NCBI GenBank assembly: GCA_964545895.1
Contig: CAZJHS010000007.1
Coordinates: 1-63,052 of the forward strand
Source of the DNA: an uncultured Chitinophaga sp.
GTDB taxonomy: Bacteria > Bacteroidota > Bacteroidia > UKL13-3
DNA length: 63,052 nucleotides
Reading direction: 5' to 3'
Part shown: piece by piece, positions 1-9,793 of the stretch
How positions within the stretch are numbered: position 1 is the stretch's first letter
Layout: each line of letters begins with the position of its first letter
Notes under the pieces: model-generated
The model's input: the letters and a program-made list of their open reading frames with translations, nothing else
Database searches by the model: none
Told to the model about the DNA's origin: nothing
Position numbers and translations under genes: made by a program

Positions 1-49
1 TTCCACTGATGAAGTATGACATGAATGGGTTCGAGCTAATGCTGCTGTA

Positions 50-736
50 TTGTGCCAACGCTTTATTGATGGACATACCAGGGTGCTTGAGGCGGTAGGT
101 GTAAAAAAAGTAACTTCATCGAGCCATGATTGGGCCGATAATCCAGCATCTTTTGTTATTTTAGTAGAATCTGATGACGAAGAAAAAGTACTTGGTGGAG
201 CTAGGATACAAGCTGCAGACGGAAAAACAGCACTACCACTTGAGGATGCGGCTGGTTACATGGATCCAAAAGTATACGAACTTGTTAAACAATATAGCAT
301 TGGTGGTACAGGTGAGGTTTGCGGATTATGGAATTCGATGGAAGTAGCAGGAATGGGTATTGGTAGTATTTTTTTGATAAGAGCTGCACTTGCTATTAGC
401 GAACAAATAGGACTTGATAGCATGTTAGCTTTATGCTCTCCGTATACAACAAGAATTGCGGGGAATTATGGCTTTTTAACAGAAAAATCGGTAGGTAATG
501 AGGGTACATTTTACTATCCTAAACTTGATTTATTAGCAACAGTGGTTTTGCAAAAAGATGCTCCTGGATTATCCAATGCAAGTGAATTAGAAACCAATAG
601 AATATTTGATTTAAGAAAAACACCCATACAAATTACGGATGAACTAGCTAGAAAAAATCAAATTGTACAAATTGAATATAATCTTAAACTTGATATTGAA
701 AACAAAACTGCTTTTAAACTAAGAGAAAATGAATAA
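50..736 (+). CDS. Hypothetical protein with probable GNAT-fold acyltransferase (LuxI/FeeM-like) architecture; 5' end uncertain
   Basis: GGARIQAADG and TGEVCGLWNS segments parallel the LuxI-type GxARL and ExSR motifs. Overlaps the downstream kinase start by 8 nt. Only a TTG start is available after an in-frame TGA at 17-19. Confidence 0.5.
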   Translation: MCQRFIDGHTRVLEAVGVKKVTSSSHDWADNPASFVILVESDDEEKVLGGARIQAADGKTALPLEDAAGYMDPKVYELVKQYSIGGTGEVCGLWNSMEVAGMGIGSIFLIRAALAISEQIGLDSMLALCSPYTTRIAGNYGFLTEKSVGNEGTFYYPKLDLLATVVLQKDAPGLSNASELETNRIFDLRKTPIQITDELARKNQIVQIEYNLKLDIENKTAFKLRENE

Positions 737-2903
737 GCTTATTAAACTTATAATATTAGCGCTTGTTTACAGTACAACACAAACTTGTATTTCGGCACAA
801 TCTATAGGCACTAAACTTTCGGCCAATCAAGTAAGCAGTAAAAACCTCGATTTTAGAGCAAAGTATTCGGTATTCGTTGATTCAACAAACAGGTTAGGTA
901 TTCAAAACATCATGCACAAAGAGTTTGTATCTTATAATACAGACTTATTAAACTTGGGCATTAACGAGTACGCTAATTGGATAAAACTGGATATATACTC
1001 AAGCAACCAAAACGACAACAACTCCATTGAAATTGCCAACCCAATATTAGATTATATTCTTTACTTTAAAACGTTAAACAACCAAATACTTGATAGTAGT
1101 TTAATGGGAGAAGTAGTACCTTTTGAGAATAGAAATAATAATTTACGCTCCTATGTTATCGACTTAAAACTGGATTCTGGAGTTTTGTATACTTACTACT
1201 TTAAAGTAAAAAGTTCGGAGCAATTAAATTTACCCGTTTTCATTACTTCAAAAGAAAAACTTCAATTACGAGAAACAGGAAACAATATAATTGATGGTAT
1301 TTATTTTGGAATCATCCTAGTAATGGTGCTCTATAATTTATTTATATTTTTAAGCACTAAAGACACCAGTTACTTTTACTACATCATCTATATTTTTACT
1401 GTTGGTTTTACCCAGGCTGTACTAAATGGTTATACGTTTAAATACATATGGCCAAACCAAACCTTTGTAACGCAATATTCCACCATAACCTCTGGTGTAC
1501 TCTCTGGTATAGCCACAATCTTCTTTATTCGCAATTTTTTAAATACAAAGCGGTATAGTCCCAAATTTCATAAATTATTATACCTGTTTCTACTTTTATA
1601 CTTTGTCATAGGCATCCTGCTTCTGCTTGGTAAACTTAATTTGGCCTATCAACTTACCAACTTTAATGCGGGTGTAGGTTCTTTTATTTTGCTACTAACG
1701 GCAATAAATGTTTATTTTAAGTACAAGAACAGAACTGCTCTTTTATTCATTTTTGCATGGAGTATTTTTATACTAAGCATTATTGTTTTTGTACTAAAAG
1801 ATTTAGGAGTTATCCCATACAGTGTGTTATCCGTAAAAGGCTTACAAATTGGCTCGGCATGTGAGGTAATCTTGCTTTCTATTGCGCTTGCTGATAAGAT
1901 TAATATACTAAAGCAAGATAAAGATAGAGCGCAAGCAAAAGCACTTTCTATTGCTAATGAAAATGCCCGAATTATTCAGGAACAAAATGTGGTTTTAGAG
2001 CATAAAGTAATTGAACGTACCAAAGCTTTATCCGAAACCAACAACAACTTAAGTGTAGCATTAGATGAACTAAAGTTTGCACAAACACAATTGGTTGAAT
2101 CAGAAAAAATGGCTTCATTGGGTCAATTAACAGCTGGCATTGCGCATGAAATTAACAACCCAATTAATTTTGTTACATCTAATGTAAAGCCACTGCACCG
2201 CGATATTTTAGAGCTTTATAAATTACAAGACGAAACGGAAAAGTACATTCAAGAAAATGGACTGCCACTTACTAATATCGAAAAAATAAAGCAGGCAATT
2301 GACTATGAATATCTAAAAACAGAAATTAATTACCTGCTAAAAGGAATAAACGAAGGATCGGCCAGAACAGCCGAAATTGTAAAAGGTCTTCGTATATTTT
2401 CGAGGGTTGATGAGGATGATATTAAACTTGCCAATATCAACGAAGGGTTAGATTCTACCATAATTATTGTAAACAACCAGCTTAACAATAAAATTGAAAT
2501 TGAAAAGTATTATGCTAACTTACCCTTGATAGATTGCTACCCTGGCAAACTGAACCAAGTTTTTTTAAACCTGATTTCTAACGCTATTTACGCAGTAAAA
2601 GAAAAATTTGGTGACGAGCACGGTGGTAAAATCACTATAAAAACCGAACTTGTTGGAGAAAACATAACCATTTCTATAACCGACAACGGAACAGGTATGA
2701 GTGAAGCAACCAAAAACAAACTATTTGAACCCTTTTTTACAACTAAACCCGTTGGCGATGGAACTGGTCTTGGACTTTCTATTGTATACAATACCATTAA
2801 AAAACATAAAGGTGTAATTTCGGCAACAAGCGAACTTGGTGTTGGAACATCTTTTACTATTTCAATACCTCAAAGGCATATCAATGAGCAATCAAAAAAT
2901 TAA
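729..2903 (+). CDS. 7TM-DISM sensor histidine kinase (extracellular DISMED2, 7TM, coiled coil, HisKA, HATPase)
   Basis: Signal peptide, seven hydrophobic segments (from DGIYFGIILVMVLYNLFIF), H-box AGIAHEINNP, N-box NQVFLNLISNA, and G boxes DNGTGM and GTGLGL. Confidence 0.9.
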   Translation: MNKLIKLIILALVYSTTQTCISAQSIGTKLSANQVSSKNLDFRAKYSVFVDSTNRLGIQNIMHKEFVSYNTDLLNLGINEYANWIKLDIYSSNQNDNNSIEIANPILDYILYFKTLNNQILDSSLMGEVVPFENRNNNLRSYVIDLKLDSGVLYTYYFKVKSSEQLNLPVFITSKEKLQLRETGNNIIDGIYFGIILVMVLYNLFIFLSTKDTSYFYYIIYIFTVGFTQAVLNGYTFKYIWPNQTFVTQYSTITSGVLSGIATIFFIRNFLNTKRYSPKFHKLLYLFLLLYFVIGILLLLGKLNLAYQLTNFNAGVGSFILLLTAINVYFKYKNRTALLFIFAWSIFILSIIVFVLKDLGVIPYSVLSVKGLQIGSACEVILLSIALADKINILKQDKDRAQAKALSIANENARIIQEQNVVLEHKVIERTKALSETNNNLSVALDELKFAQTQLVESEKMASLGQLTAGIAHEINNPINFVTSNVKPLHRDILELYKLQDETEKYIQENGLPLTNIEKIKQAIDYEYLKTEINYLLKGINEGSARTAEIVKGLRIFSRVDEDDIKLANINEGLDSTIIIVNNQLNNKIEIEKYYANLPLIDCYPGKLNQVFLNLISNAIYAVKEKFGDEHGGKITIKTELVGENITISITDNGTGMSEATKNKLFEPFFTTKPVGDGTGLGLSIVYNTIKKHKGVISATSELGVGTSFTISIPQRHINEQSKN

Positions 2904-3987
2904 AGTCTTATTTATTGACGATGAAGTGCATAACCTGCATGCTTTTAAAGCCGCATTTAGGTTTGATTACGACATTGCCATAGCTGAATCTGCAGCCGCA
3001 GCCGAGCAATGGCTGGATGATAATAATGTACAGGTTATTTTATGTGACCAACGCATGCCTGGCAAAACGGGTATTGAATTTTTTAGTACAATTATTAAAA
3101 AGCATCCTAAAACAATGCGCATTTTGGTTACCGGATATACTGATATCGAATCGGTAATTAAAGCCATTAACCAAGGCCATGTTTTTAAATACATTAATAA
3201 ACCTTGGAATGATGCCGACATCAGAACTTCTATTGATGAGGCCTACAAGTTTTATATGCAAAGCTTGGAGTTGGAAAGTAAAATTAACGACTTATCAAAA
3301 GCCTATAAAGATCTAGACAATTTTGCGTACAGCGTTTCGCACGATATGAAAGGCCCGCTTATGAGTATTTTAGGAGCCATGAATATTGTAAATACATCTA
3401 CCAATAAAAACGAAAAAACAGTATTAATGATGCTTGATTTAATAGAGAAAGCAGCCATACAGTTAAATGAGTTTATTGAAAGCATGCATGTTTATTACAA
3501 AAACAATAGAGGTAAACTAAAAATTGAACCGGTAAACCTTTACGATATAAAAACCGAAATTGAAGGTTTATTAGGGTTGAAGTGTATGCAAGAAAAAATT
3601 CAACTGAATTTTACTGTGCAAAACCATGCTAATGCTGATAATTTATACCGCACAGATATTACCAAATTAAAAGTGGTGGTTAATAATTTAGTATCAAATG
3701 CACTAAAATACCAACGTCCGGAGGAACTTAACAAGTACGTAAATGCCAATTTAACCATTGATAACGACATGCTTACTATTACAGTAGAAGACAACGGAAT
3801 GGGCATTGACAACAAATATTTAAACAATATTTTCGAGCTATTTTTTAGAGCCACTACCGAAGTTGGAGGAAGTGGTTTTGGTTTATATAACGTAAAAGAG
3901 ATTATTACTACCTTAGGTGGTACAATACATGTAACTTCGGAGCTAAATAAAGGAACCACCTTTACTGTAAAATTACCCTCTAAATAA
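2884..3987 (+). CDS. Hybrid REC-histidine kinase
   Basis: ATG at 2884 (MSNQKIKVLFIDDE). REC motifs ILCDQRMP and INKPW, H-box SVSHDMKGP, NLVSNA, DNGMG, GSGFGL. Confidence 0.9.
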   Translation: MSNQKIKVLFIDDEVHNLHAFKAAFRFDYDIAIAESAAAAEQWLDDNNVQVILCDQRMPGKTGIEFFSTIIKKHPKTMRILVTGYTDIESVIKAINQGHVFKYINKPWNDADIRTSIDEAYKFYMQSLELESKINDLSKAYKDLDNFAYSVSHDMKGPLMSILGAMNIVNTSTNKNEKTVLMMLDLIEKAAIQLNEFIESMHVYYKNNRGKLKIEPVNLYDIKTEIEGLLGLKCMQEKIQLNFTVQNHANADNLYRTDITKLKVVVNNLVSNALKYQRPEELNKYVNANLTIDNDMLTITVEDNGMGIDNKYLNNIFELFFRATTEVGGSGFGLYNVKEIITTLGGTIHVTSELNKGTTFTVKLPSK

Positions 3988-3995
3988 AATTAAAC

Positions 3996-4379
3996 GTGTT
4001 TAATTATATAATAATTGATGATAATAAAATTGACCTGCTTGTTGCTGGTAAGGCCATTGAAATGAGCCAACAACCAGTAGCTTCAGTGCAACAATTTCTA
4101 AGTGCATCATTTGCATTAGAACATGTGCTCAGTTTTCAATCTCCATACCCAACAATTCTTCTTATTGATATACAAATGCCCGTAATGAATGGATTTGATT
4201 TTATGGAAGAATTTGAAAAACTTGCGCCAGAAACCAGAGCCAACTATATTTGCTTCTTTCTTACCTCCTCTTCTAACGACCTTGATAGGTTAAAAGCTCA
4301 AAAATATCCGAGCTTAAAACAATTTTTAACAAAGCCATTTACAACAGACAAACTGATTAGTTTGCTAAAAACGATTTAA
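3996..4379 (+). CDS. Single-domain response regulator (REC)
   Basis: IIIDDN, LLIDIQMPVMNG and FLTKPF motifs; no output domain. Confidence 0.9.
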   Translation: MFNYIIIDDNKIDLLVAGKAIEMSQQPVASVQQFLSASFALEHVLSFQSPYPTILLIDIQMPVMNGFDFMEEFEKLAPETRANYICFFLTSSSNDLDRLKAQKYPSLKQFLTKPFTTDKLISLLKTI

Positions 4380-4387
4380 TATAAAAA

Positions 4388-7102
4388 ATGAAAAAGTTCT
4401 TCTTAACATTAGTAGTACTTGTTGCCTTATTACTAATTGCAGCTATTGCCTTACCTATTATTTATAAAAGTAAAATAGTGGCACTTGTTAAAACAGAAAT
4501 TAACAACAACGTAAATGCCACTGTAAACTTTAATGATGATATTGAACTAAGCATTATTAAAAGTTTCCCCAATTTTACGCTTGGCATTAACAACCTTAGT
4601 GTAGTTGGTATTAACGAGTTTGATGGCGATACTCTGGTAGCCATGGATAAGCTAGAAACTGTTATTGATATTATGACAGTGATAAAAGGTGAACCAATAG
4701 GTATTAAAAAAATTGCTTTAGAAACACCACGTATTCATGCGCTTGTGCTTAGCAATGGTAAAGCCAATTGGGATATTGCTAAACCAAGTAACGATTCAAC
4801 AACTGCAACAACAGATACCGCTGCTACCAAGTTTCATGTAAAGCTTAAGAAATTTGAAATTAGCAACGGATTTATTGTGTATGATGACAAGACTATGGGA
4901 GTTAATACCAAACTTGATGGGTTTAATTATGATATGACAGGTGATTTTACTCAAGACGATTTCCTGTTGCAAATAAAATCAACCATAAAACAATGGGATA
5001 TGACTTATGGTGGTGTTAAATACCTAAACAAGGTAAATACCGACATAAATGTTGACATGAATATGAACATGCCCAACATGAAATTTACCTTTAACAACAA
5101 CTCATTTAAGTTAAACGAGCTTACCTTTAATTTTGATGGTTTTGTGCAAATGCTAAATGATGATATTGTAATGGACATTAAATATGATGCGCCAAACAAT
5201 TCGTTTAAAAACTTTTTGTCGCTTGTACCAGGTATGTACACCAAAGATTTTGCTGATTTAAAAACAAGTGGAACTTTAAGTTTTAACGGAACAGCCAAGG
5301 GCACCTACAACGAAAAATCGTTACCTGCATTTAATCTAAATTTATTAGTGGCAAATGCCATGTTTCAACACCCAACTTTACCTGTACCAGTTAAAGATGT
5401 ACAAATTAATTTAAACGTAGCCAATAAAGATGGCAACCTAAATAACACCATTGTAAACTTAAGCAAGTTCCACATGGATATTGCCGGAGATGCTTTTGAC
5501 GCTAAATTAATAGCAAATGATATTATGCAGGACCCACACATTGATTCGTGGTTAAAAGGACGCATAAACTTAGATAACATTTCTAAAATTGTACCTCTTG
5601 AAAACGGCATGGAAATTCACGGAATAATTACTAGTGATGTAACTGCAGTTGGTAAAATTTCGGCTATTGAGAAACAACAATTTGAACAATTTAACGCAAC
5701 CGGACAAATAGCTACACAAAACATTAAGTTTAAATCTGCCGATTTACCAATGGGCTTTAACTCAAACGAAGCACTTTTAGTTTTTAACCCTAAAACAGTA
5801 GCTTTAAAAACATTTGATGCGCAGGTAGGTAAATCAGACTTTAAATTGAACGGTGAAATCAGCAATTTTTTCCCTTATTTATTCAGTAATGGTATTATAC
5901 AAGGAAAGTTAAATTTAACATCAACCCAAATTGATGCCAACCAATTTTTGAGTAACGAACCAGAAACTACTGCACCAAAAGCTGAAGATACAACAGCAAT
6001 GGATGCTCCTGAAATACCTGCCAACATTGATTTTACCTTCACTGGTAATGTTGGAAAATTGCTTTACTCTAATATGGAAATAAGTAATTTTGCAGGTTCG
6101 ATAAAAGTAAAAGACCAGAAGTTAAATTTTGAAAATGTTGCGTTAAATACCTTAGGTGCAGCCATCAAAATGAATGGATTTTACGAAACAACAAATCACC
6201 TAAAACCTACCACCAACATTGATTTTTCTATTGAAAACTTAGACATGCAATTAGCGGCTAAAACATTTAATAGTATTAAAAAAATTGCGCCAATTATTGA
6301 AAAATCACATGGCAGTTTTTCTACCACACTATCATTAGTTACTACCCTTGATAAACATTTAAATCCTGTATACAGCACATTATTTGCCAATGGTATTTGT
6401 AAAATAATGAATGCCGAAATTAAAGACGTAAAAGTATTAGATGAAGTAGCCAAGGCTTTAAAAAATGACAAATACAAAACACTTAACCTCCAAAATGTTA
6501 CTGTAAAATATAAAGTAGAAAATGGCAGGGTTTACACCGAGCCATTTAATGTAGCTGTAGTAGGCAAAACACTTACTTTGGCAGGATCAAGTGGTTTAGA
6601 TCAAACCATAGATTACACAGGTACAACACAAGTACAACGAGGCGAATTAGGTAAAATAAATACAGCCTTAGAAAGCTCGTTAAACAGCTTAAATAACAAA
6701 CTTGGTTCAAACATAACCGCAAGCCAAAACCTAAATATAGGATTAGGCATAAAAGGAACTTTTAGTAAACCAATTATTACAACTAACCTGGCCGATTTAG
6801 CTAAGCAAGAAGCAAACTCATTAAAAGATCAAGCTAAAGCCGAGCTAGAAAAACAAAAGAAATTACTTGAAGATAAAGCAAAAGCTGAAGCCGAAAGATT
6901 GAAACAAGAAGCTCAGGCAAAAGCAAAGTCCGAAATAGATAAAGCCAAACAGCAAGCACAAGCAGAAGCCGATAAACTAAAAGCGGCAGCAGAAAAAGCC
7001 AAAGCAGAAGCCGAGGCCAAAGCCGCAGCAGAAAAAGAAAGGCTTAAAAAACAAGCCGAAGAAGAAGCCAAAAAGAAATTAAAAGGACTGCTAAAACCTT
7101 AA
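4388..7102 (+). CDS. AsmA-family (AsmA-like) envelope protein with Ala/Lys/Glu helical C-tail
   Basis: N-terminal TM anchor, long beta-rich body (FPNFTLGINNLSV), C-terminal GSSGLDQTIDY segment and AKAEAE repeats. Confidence 0.8.
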   Translation: MKKFFLTLVVLVALLLIAAIALPIIYKSKIVALVKTEINNNVNATVNFNDDIELSIIKSFPNFTLGINNLSVVGINEFDGDTLVAMDKLETVIDIMTVIKGEPIGIKKIALETPRIHALVLSNGKANWDIAKPSNDSTTATTDTAATKFHVKLKKFEISNGFIVYDDKTMGVNTKLDGFNYDMTGDFTQDDFLLQIKSTIKQWDMTYGGVKYLNKVNTDINVDMNMNMPNMKFTFNNNSFKLNELTFNFDGFVQMLNDDIVMDIKYDAPNNSFKNFLSLVPGMYTKDFADLKTSGTLSFNGTAKGTYNEKSLPAFNLNLLVANAMFQHPTLPVPVKDVQINLNVANKDGNLNNTIVNLSKFHMDIAGDAFDAKLIANDIMQDPHIDSWLKGRINLDNISKIVPLENGMEIHGIITSDVTAVGKISAIEKQQFEQFNATGQIATQNIKFKSADLPMGFNSNEALLVFNPKTVALKTFDAQVGKSDFKLNGEISNFFPYLFSNGIIQGKLNLTSTQIDANQFLSNEPETTAPKAEDTTAMDAPEIPANIDFTFTGNVGKLLYSNMEISNFAGSIKVKDQKLNFENVALNTLGAAIKMNGFYETTNHLKPTTNIDFSIENLDMQLAAKTFNSIKKIAPIIEKSHGSFSTTLSLVTTLDKHLNPVYSTLFANGICKIMNAEIKDVKVLDEVAKALKNDKYKTLNLQNVTVKYKVENGRVYTEPFNVAVVGKTLTLAGSSGLDQTIDYTGTTQVQRGELGKINTALESSLNSLNNKLGSNITASQNLNIGLGIKGTFSKPIITTNLADLAKQEANSLKDQAKAELEKQKKLLEDKAKAEAERLKQEAQAKAKSEIDKAKQQAQAEADKLKAAAEKAKAEAEAKAAAEKERLKKQAEEEAKKKLKGLLKP

Positions 7103-7157
7103 AACATTTACAGTTCGCAAACGTTTAATAGTACAAATAAGTTATAATAAGTAAAAA

Positions 7158-7652
7158 ATGAAAAAAGCAATATTTGCAGTTCTTACACTTGGATTAGTGT
7201 ACAGCTGCGGCAACTCAACTAAACCAGCAGAAACTGCTAACACAGAAACTACAGCGGCTGCTCCTGCAGAAGCTAAAAGTTATGAATTTACCCTAAATGC
7301 TGTTGGTAATACCATGGCTGATATGGGTTACGACACCAAAGAACTTAAAGTAACTGCGGGTGCAAAAGTAAAAATTAACTTAACCAACCAAGGTACTGAT
7401 GCATCAATGTTACACAATGTGGTTATTGTTAAACAAGGCACAGAAAAAGATGTGGCTACTGAAGGTATTAGCTTAAAAGACAAAAATTACTTCAACGCGG
7501 AGAATACTAATGTTATTGCTGGTTCAGCAGTTGCAGCTCCAGGCGCTACCGTAACTGTTGAGTTTACTGCTCCTGCTGCAGGTACTTATACTTACATCTG
7601 TACATACCCAGGCCATTGGATGAAAATGCAAGGTGTGTTGATTGTAGAATAA
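7158..7652 (+). CDS. Azurin/auracyanin-type blue copper lipoprotein
   Basis: Lipobox LVYSC; type-1 Cu ligands HNVVI and YICTYPGHWMKM. Confidence 0.85.
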   Translation: MKKAIFAVLTLGLVYSCGNSTKPAETANTETTAAAPAEAKSYEFTLNAVGNTMADMGYDTKELKVTAGAKVKINLTNQGTDASMLHNVVIVKQGTEKDVATEGISLKDKNYFNAENTNVIAGSAVAAPGATVTVEFTAPAAGTYTYICTYPGHWMKMQGVLIVE

Positions 7653-7671
7653 GAAAAAAACATTCGACTTA

Positions 7672-7712
7672 AAAGCCGCGTCAAAACTAGTTTTGACGCG
7701 GCTTTATTTTTT
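7672..7712 (+). terminator. Intrinsic terminator formed by a perfect 34-bp palindrome plus T-tract
   Basis: AAAGCCGCGTCAAAACT|AGTTTTGACGCGGCTTT (7672-7705) followed by ATTTTTTT. Confidence 0.85.
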
Positions 7713-7777
7713 TGTAAACTTGTTAAATAATTTTTTTGGAACGGCATTTGCTAAACAACAACCAAATACTTCAAACC

Positions 7778-8371
7778 ATGATAAAAAGAATTTTAATTTT
7801 AGTGCCAGCAATAATTGGCTTATTGGTTACCCAATCTTGTTCTCCTAACAGAAAAGTAACCCGTGTAGACCCTGCTTTACAAACTGATTTAAGCGGGCGT
7901 TGGAATGATAGCGATTCTCGTTTGGTTGCAAACGAAATGATTAATCAAATATTGAGTGCCGCTTGGCGAACAAATTTCGAACAAAAAATGTCGCGTAAAC
8001 CTGTGCTTATCGTTGGTAATATCAAAAACAAAACCTCCGAACAAATAGACCCGGTTACTTTTATTAAAGACTTGGAACGTGCTTGCATAAACTCAACTAC
8101 CGTTTCTATCGTTCAATCGGGTGAAGACCGCAATCAAGTAAGAGAAGAGCGTAACGAACAACAAACTTTCTCGAGTGAAGACACCAAGAAAAAATGGGGT
8201 AAAGAAAAAGGTGCAGATTACATGATTACAGGTGTGATTTCTTCAATTGTTGATTCGTACAAAAATCAACGCACCATTTACTACCAAGTAGATTTGGAAC
8301 TAACCGACTTGGAGTCGAACGAAAAAGTTTGGATTGGTGATAAAAAAATTAAAAAAGTAGTACGTAACTAA
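7778..8371 (+). CDS. lpoB: LpoB-family (penicillin-binding protein activator) lipoprotein
   Basis: ATG 7778, lipobox TQSC; DLSGRWNDSDSRLVA, GADYMITGVISSIVD and YYQVDLELTDLE motifs. Confidence 0.75.
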   Translation: MIKRILILVPAIIGLLVTQSCSPNRKVTRVDPALQTDLSGRWNDSDSRLVANEMINQILSAAWRTNFEQKMSRKPVLIVGNIKNKTSEQIDPVTFIKDLERACINSTTVSIVQSGEDRNQVREERNEQQTFSSEDTKKKWGKEKGADYMITGVISSIVDSYKNQRTIYYQVDLELTDLESNEKVWIGDKKIKKVVRN

Positions 8372-8388
8372 TTGTAAGCAACTTTGCG

Positions 8389-9783
8389 ATGAAGAGTATT
8401 GGGATTGGAATTGCGTTATTGCTTGCTGTACTACTTACGGCCTGCTCTACTTACTATCAAAAAAACTTGGTGGTAATGGATGCCGTATACAAAGGCAATT
8501 ACCAAAACGCTTCCAACCTATTGGATAATAGCAAACTCAAAAAACAAACCCGCAACCAACTGCTTTATTTCCTTCAAAAAGGTACTATTTTATTTATGAA
8601 TAATGAGCATGCTGAAAGCAACAAATACTTTCAGCAGGCTGATTATTTTATTGAAGATTATCAAAAGAATTATTTAACAAAAGCGGCCACTTTTATTACT
8701 AACCCAAGCATTCAAACATACGAGGGAGAGAGTTTTGAAAAGGTGCTTTTGCACTACTACACCACACTAAACTACCTAAAACAAAACAAATTGGATGAGG
8801 CACTAGTGGAGTGTAAACGAATGGAGCTCAAACTTCAAAAAATAACTGATTATTATAAAGGCGAAAACAAGTACAAAAATGATGCTTTTGTGTATTTGCT
8901 TACCGGTATTGTATACGATGCCCAACGCAACTACAATAGTGCATTTATAGCGTACCGTAATGCTTATAATATTTACAAAGAGGTGTATGCTAAAAATTTA
9001 GAAACACCTGCACCTTTGCAATTAAAGCACGACCTAATTAGAACAGCTTTACTTACTGGCTTTACTGCTGAGGCCGAACAATACAAACAAGAGTTTAACC
9101 TTACCAGTTATCAGTTAGATAGTAACTATAAAAACAATGCTGTAATTTTTTGGAACAACGGCTTTGGACCAATTAAAGACCAATGGAGTATTAACTTTAC
9201 TGTATTGCCAGCCGGAAACGGATACGTTAATTTTGTTAATCTAGATTTAGGCTTAAACTTCCCTTACTATGCAGGAAACGACTCAAAATCTATGGTTAAT
9301 TTGAAAATGATACGCGTAGCCTTTCCTAAATATGTTTCGCGCAAACCAACAATTACTGATGCTAAAATAAGTGTTGATAGCCTTGGGGTGAGTGTTGATT
9401 TAAACATGGCAGAGCACGTAGATAAAATAGCCTACGTATCTTTAAAAGACAGAATGGTAAAGGAAGTTGCCGAAGCACTAGTGCGTTTAGCGGTTAAACA
9501 AATTGCTGAAGAAGTAGCTAATACTAAAAATGAGGCATTAGGCAGTACCCTTAGCGTGTTAAACGCCATTACAGAACAGGCTGATACACGTAACTGGCAA
9601 ACTTTACCCTACTCTATTAATTACGGACGGTTACAATTACCTGAAGGAACTTACAGCGCACAGTTTAAATCAAACAATGGAAGTGCACCATTTATATTGG
9701 ATATTAAAAGTAATCAAACCACTTTTAAAATCATACAATCACCCTACTTTGATGGGTATTCGGACCAGGTAGGCTCGTTTTAA
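8389..9783 (+). CDS. COG3014-like TPR lipoprotein
   Basis: Lipobox LTAC; YEGESFEKVLLHYY and ADTRNWQTLP motifs; adjacent to lpoB. Confidence 0.7.
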   Translation: MKSIGIGIALLLAVLLTACSTYYQKNLVVMDAVYKGNYQNASNLLDNSKLKKQTRNQLLYFLQKGTILFMNNEHAESNKYFQQADYFIEDYQKNYLTKAATFITNPSIQTYEGESFEKVLLHYYTTLNYLKQNKLDEALVECKRMELKLQKITDYYKGENKYKNDAFVYLLTGIVYDAQRNYNSAFIAYRNAYNIYKEVYAKNLETPAPLQLKHDLIRTALLTGFTAEAEQYKQEFNLTSYQLDSNYKNNAVIFWNNGFGPIKDQWSINFTVLPAGNGYVNFVNLDLGLNFPYYAGNDSKSMVNLKMIRVAFPKYVSRKPTITDAKISVDSLGVSVDLNMAEHVDKIAYVSLKDRMVKEVAEALVRLAVKQIAEEVANTKNEALGSTLSVLNAITEQADTRNWQTLPYSINYGRLQLPEGTYSAQFKSNNGSAPFILDIKSNQTTFKIIQSPYFDGYSDQVGSF

Positions 9784-9793
9784 AAACACATAA

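Noticed and set aside
17-19. In-frame TGA as selenocysteine or recoded stop
   Set aside because: TGA is used as a normal stop elsewhere in the window, and no SECIS-like hairpin is evident.
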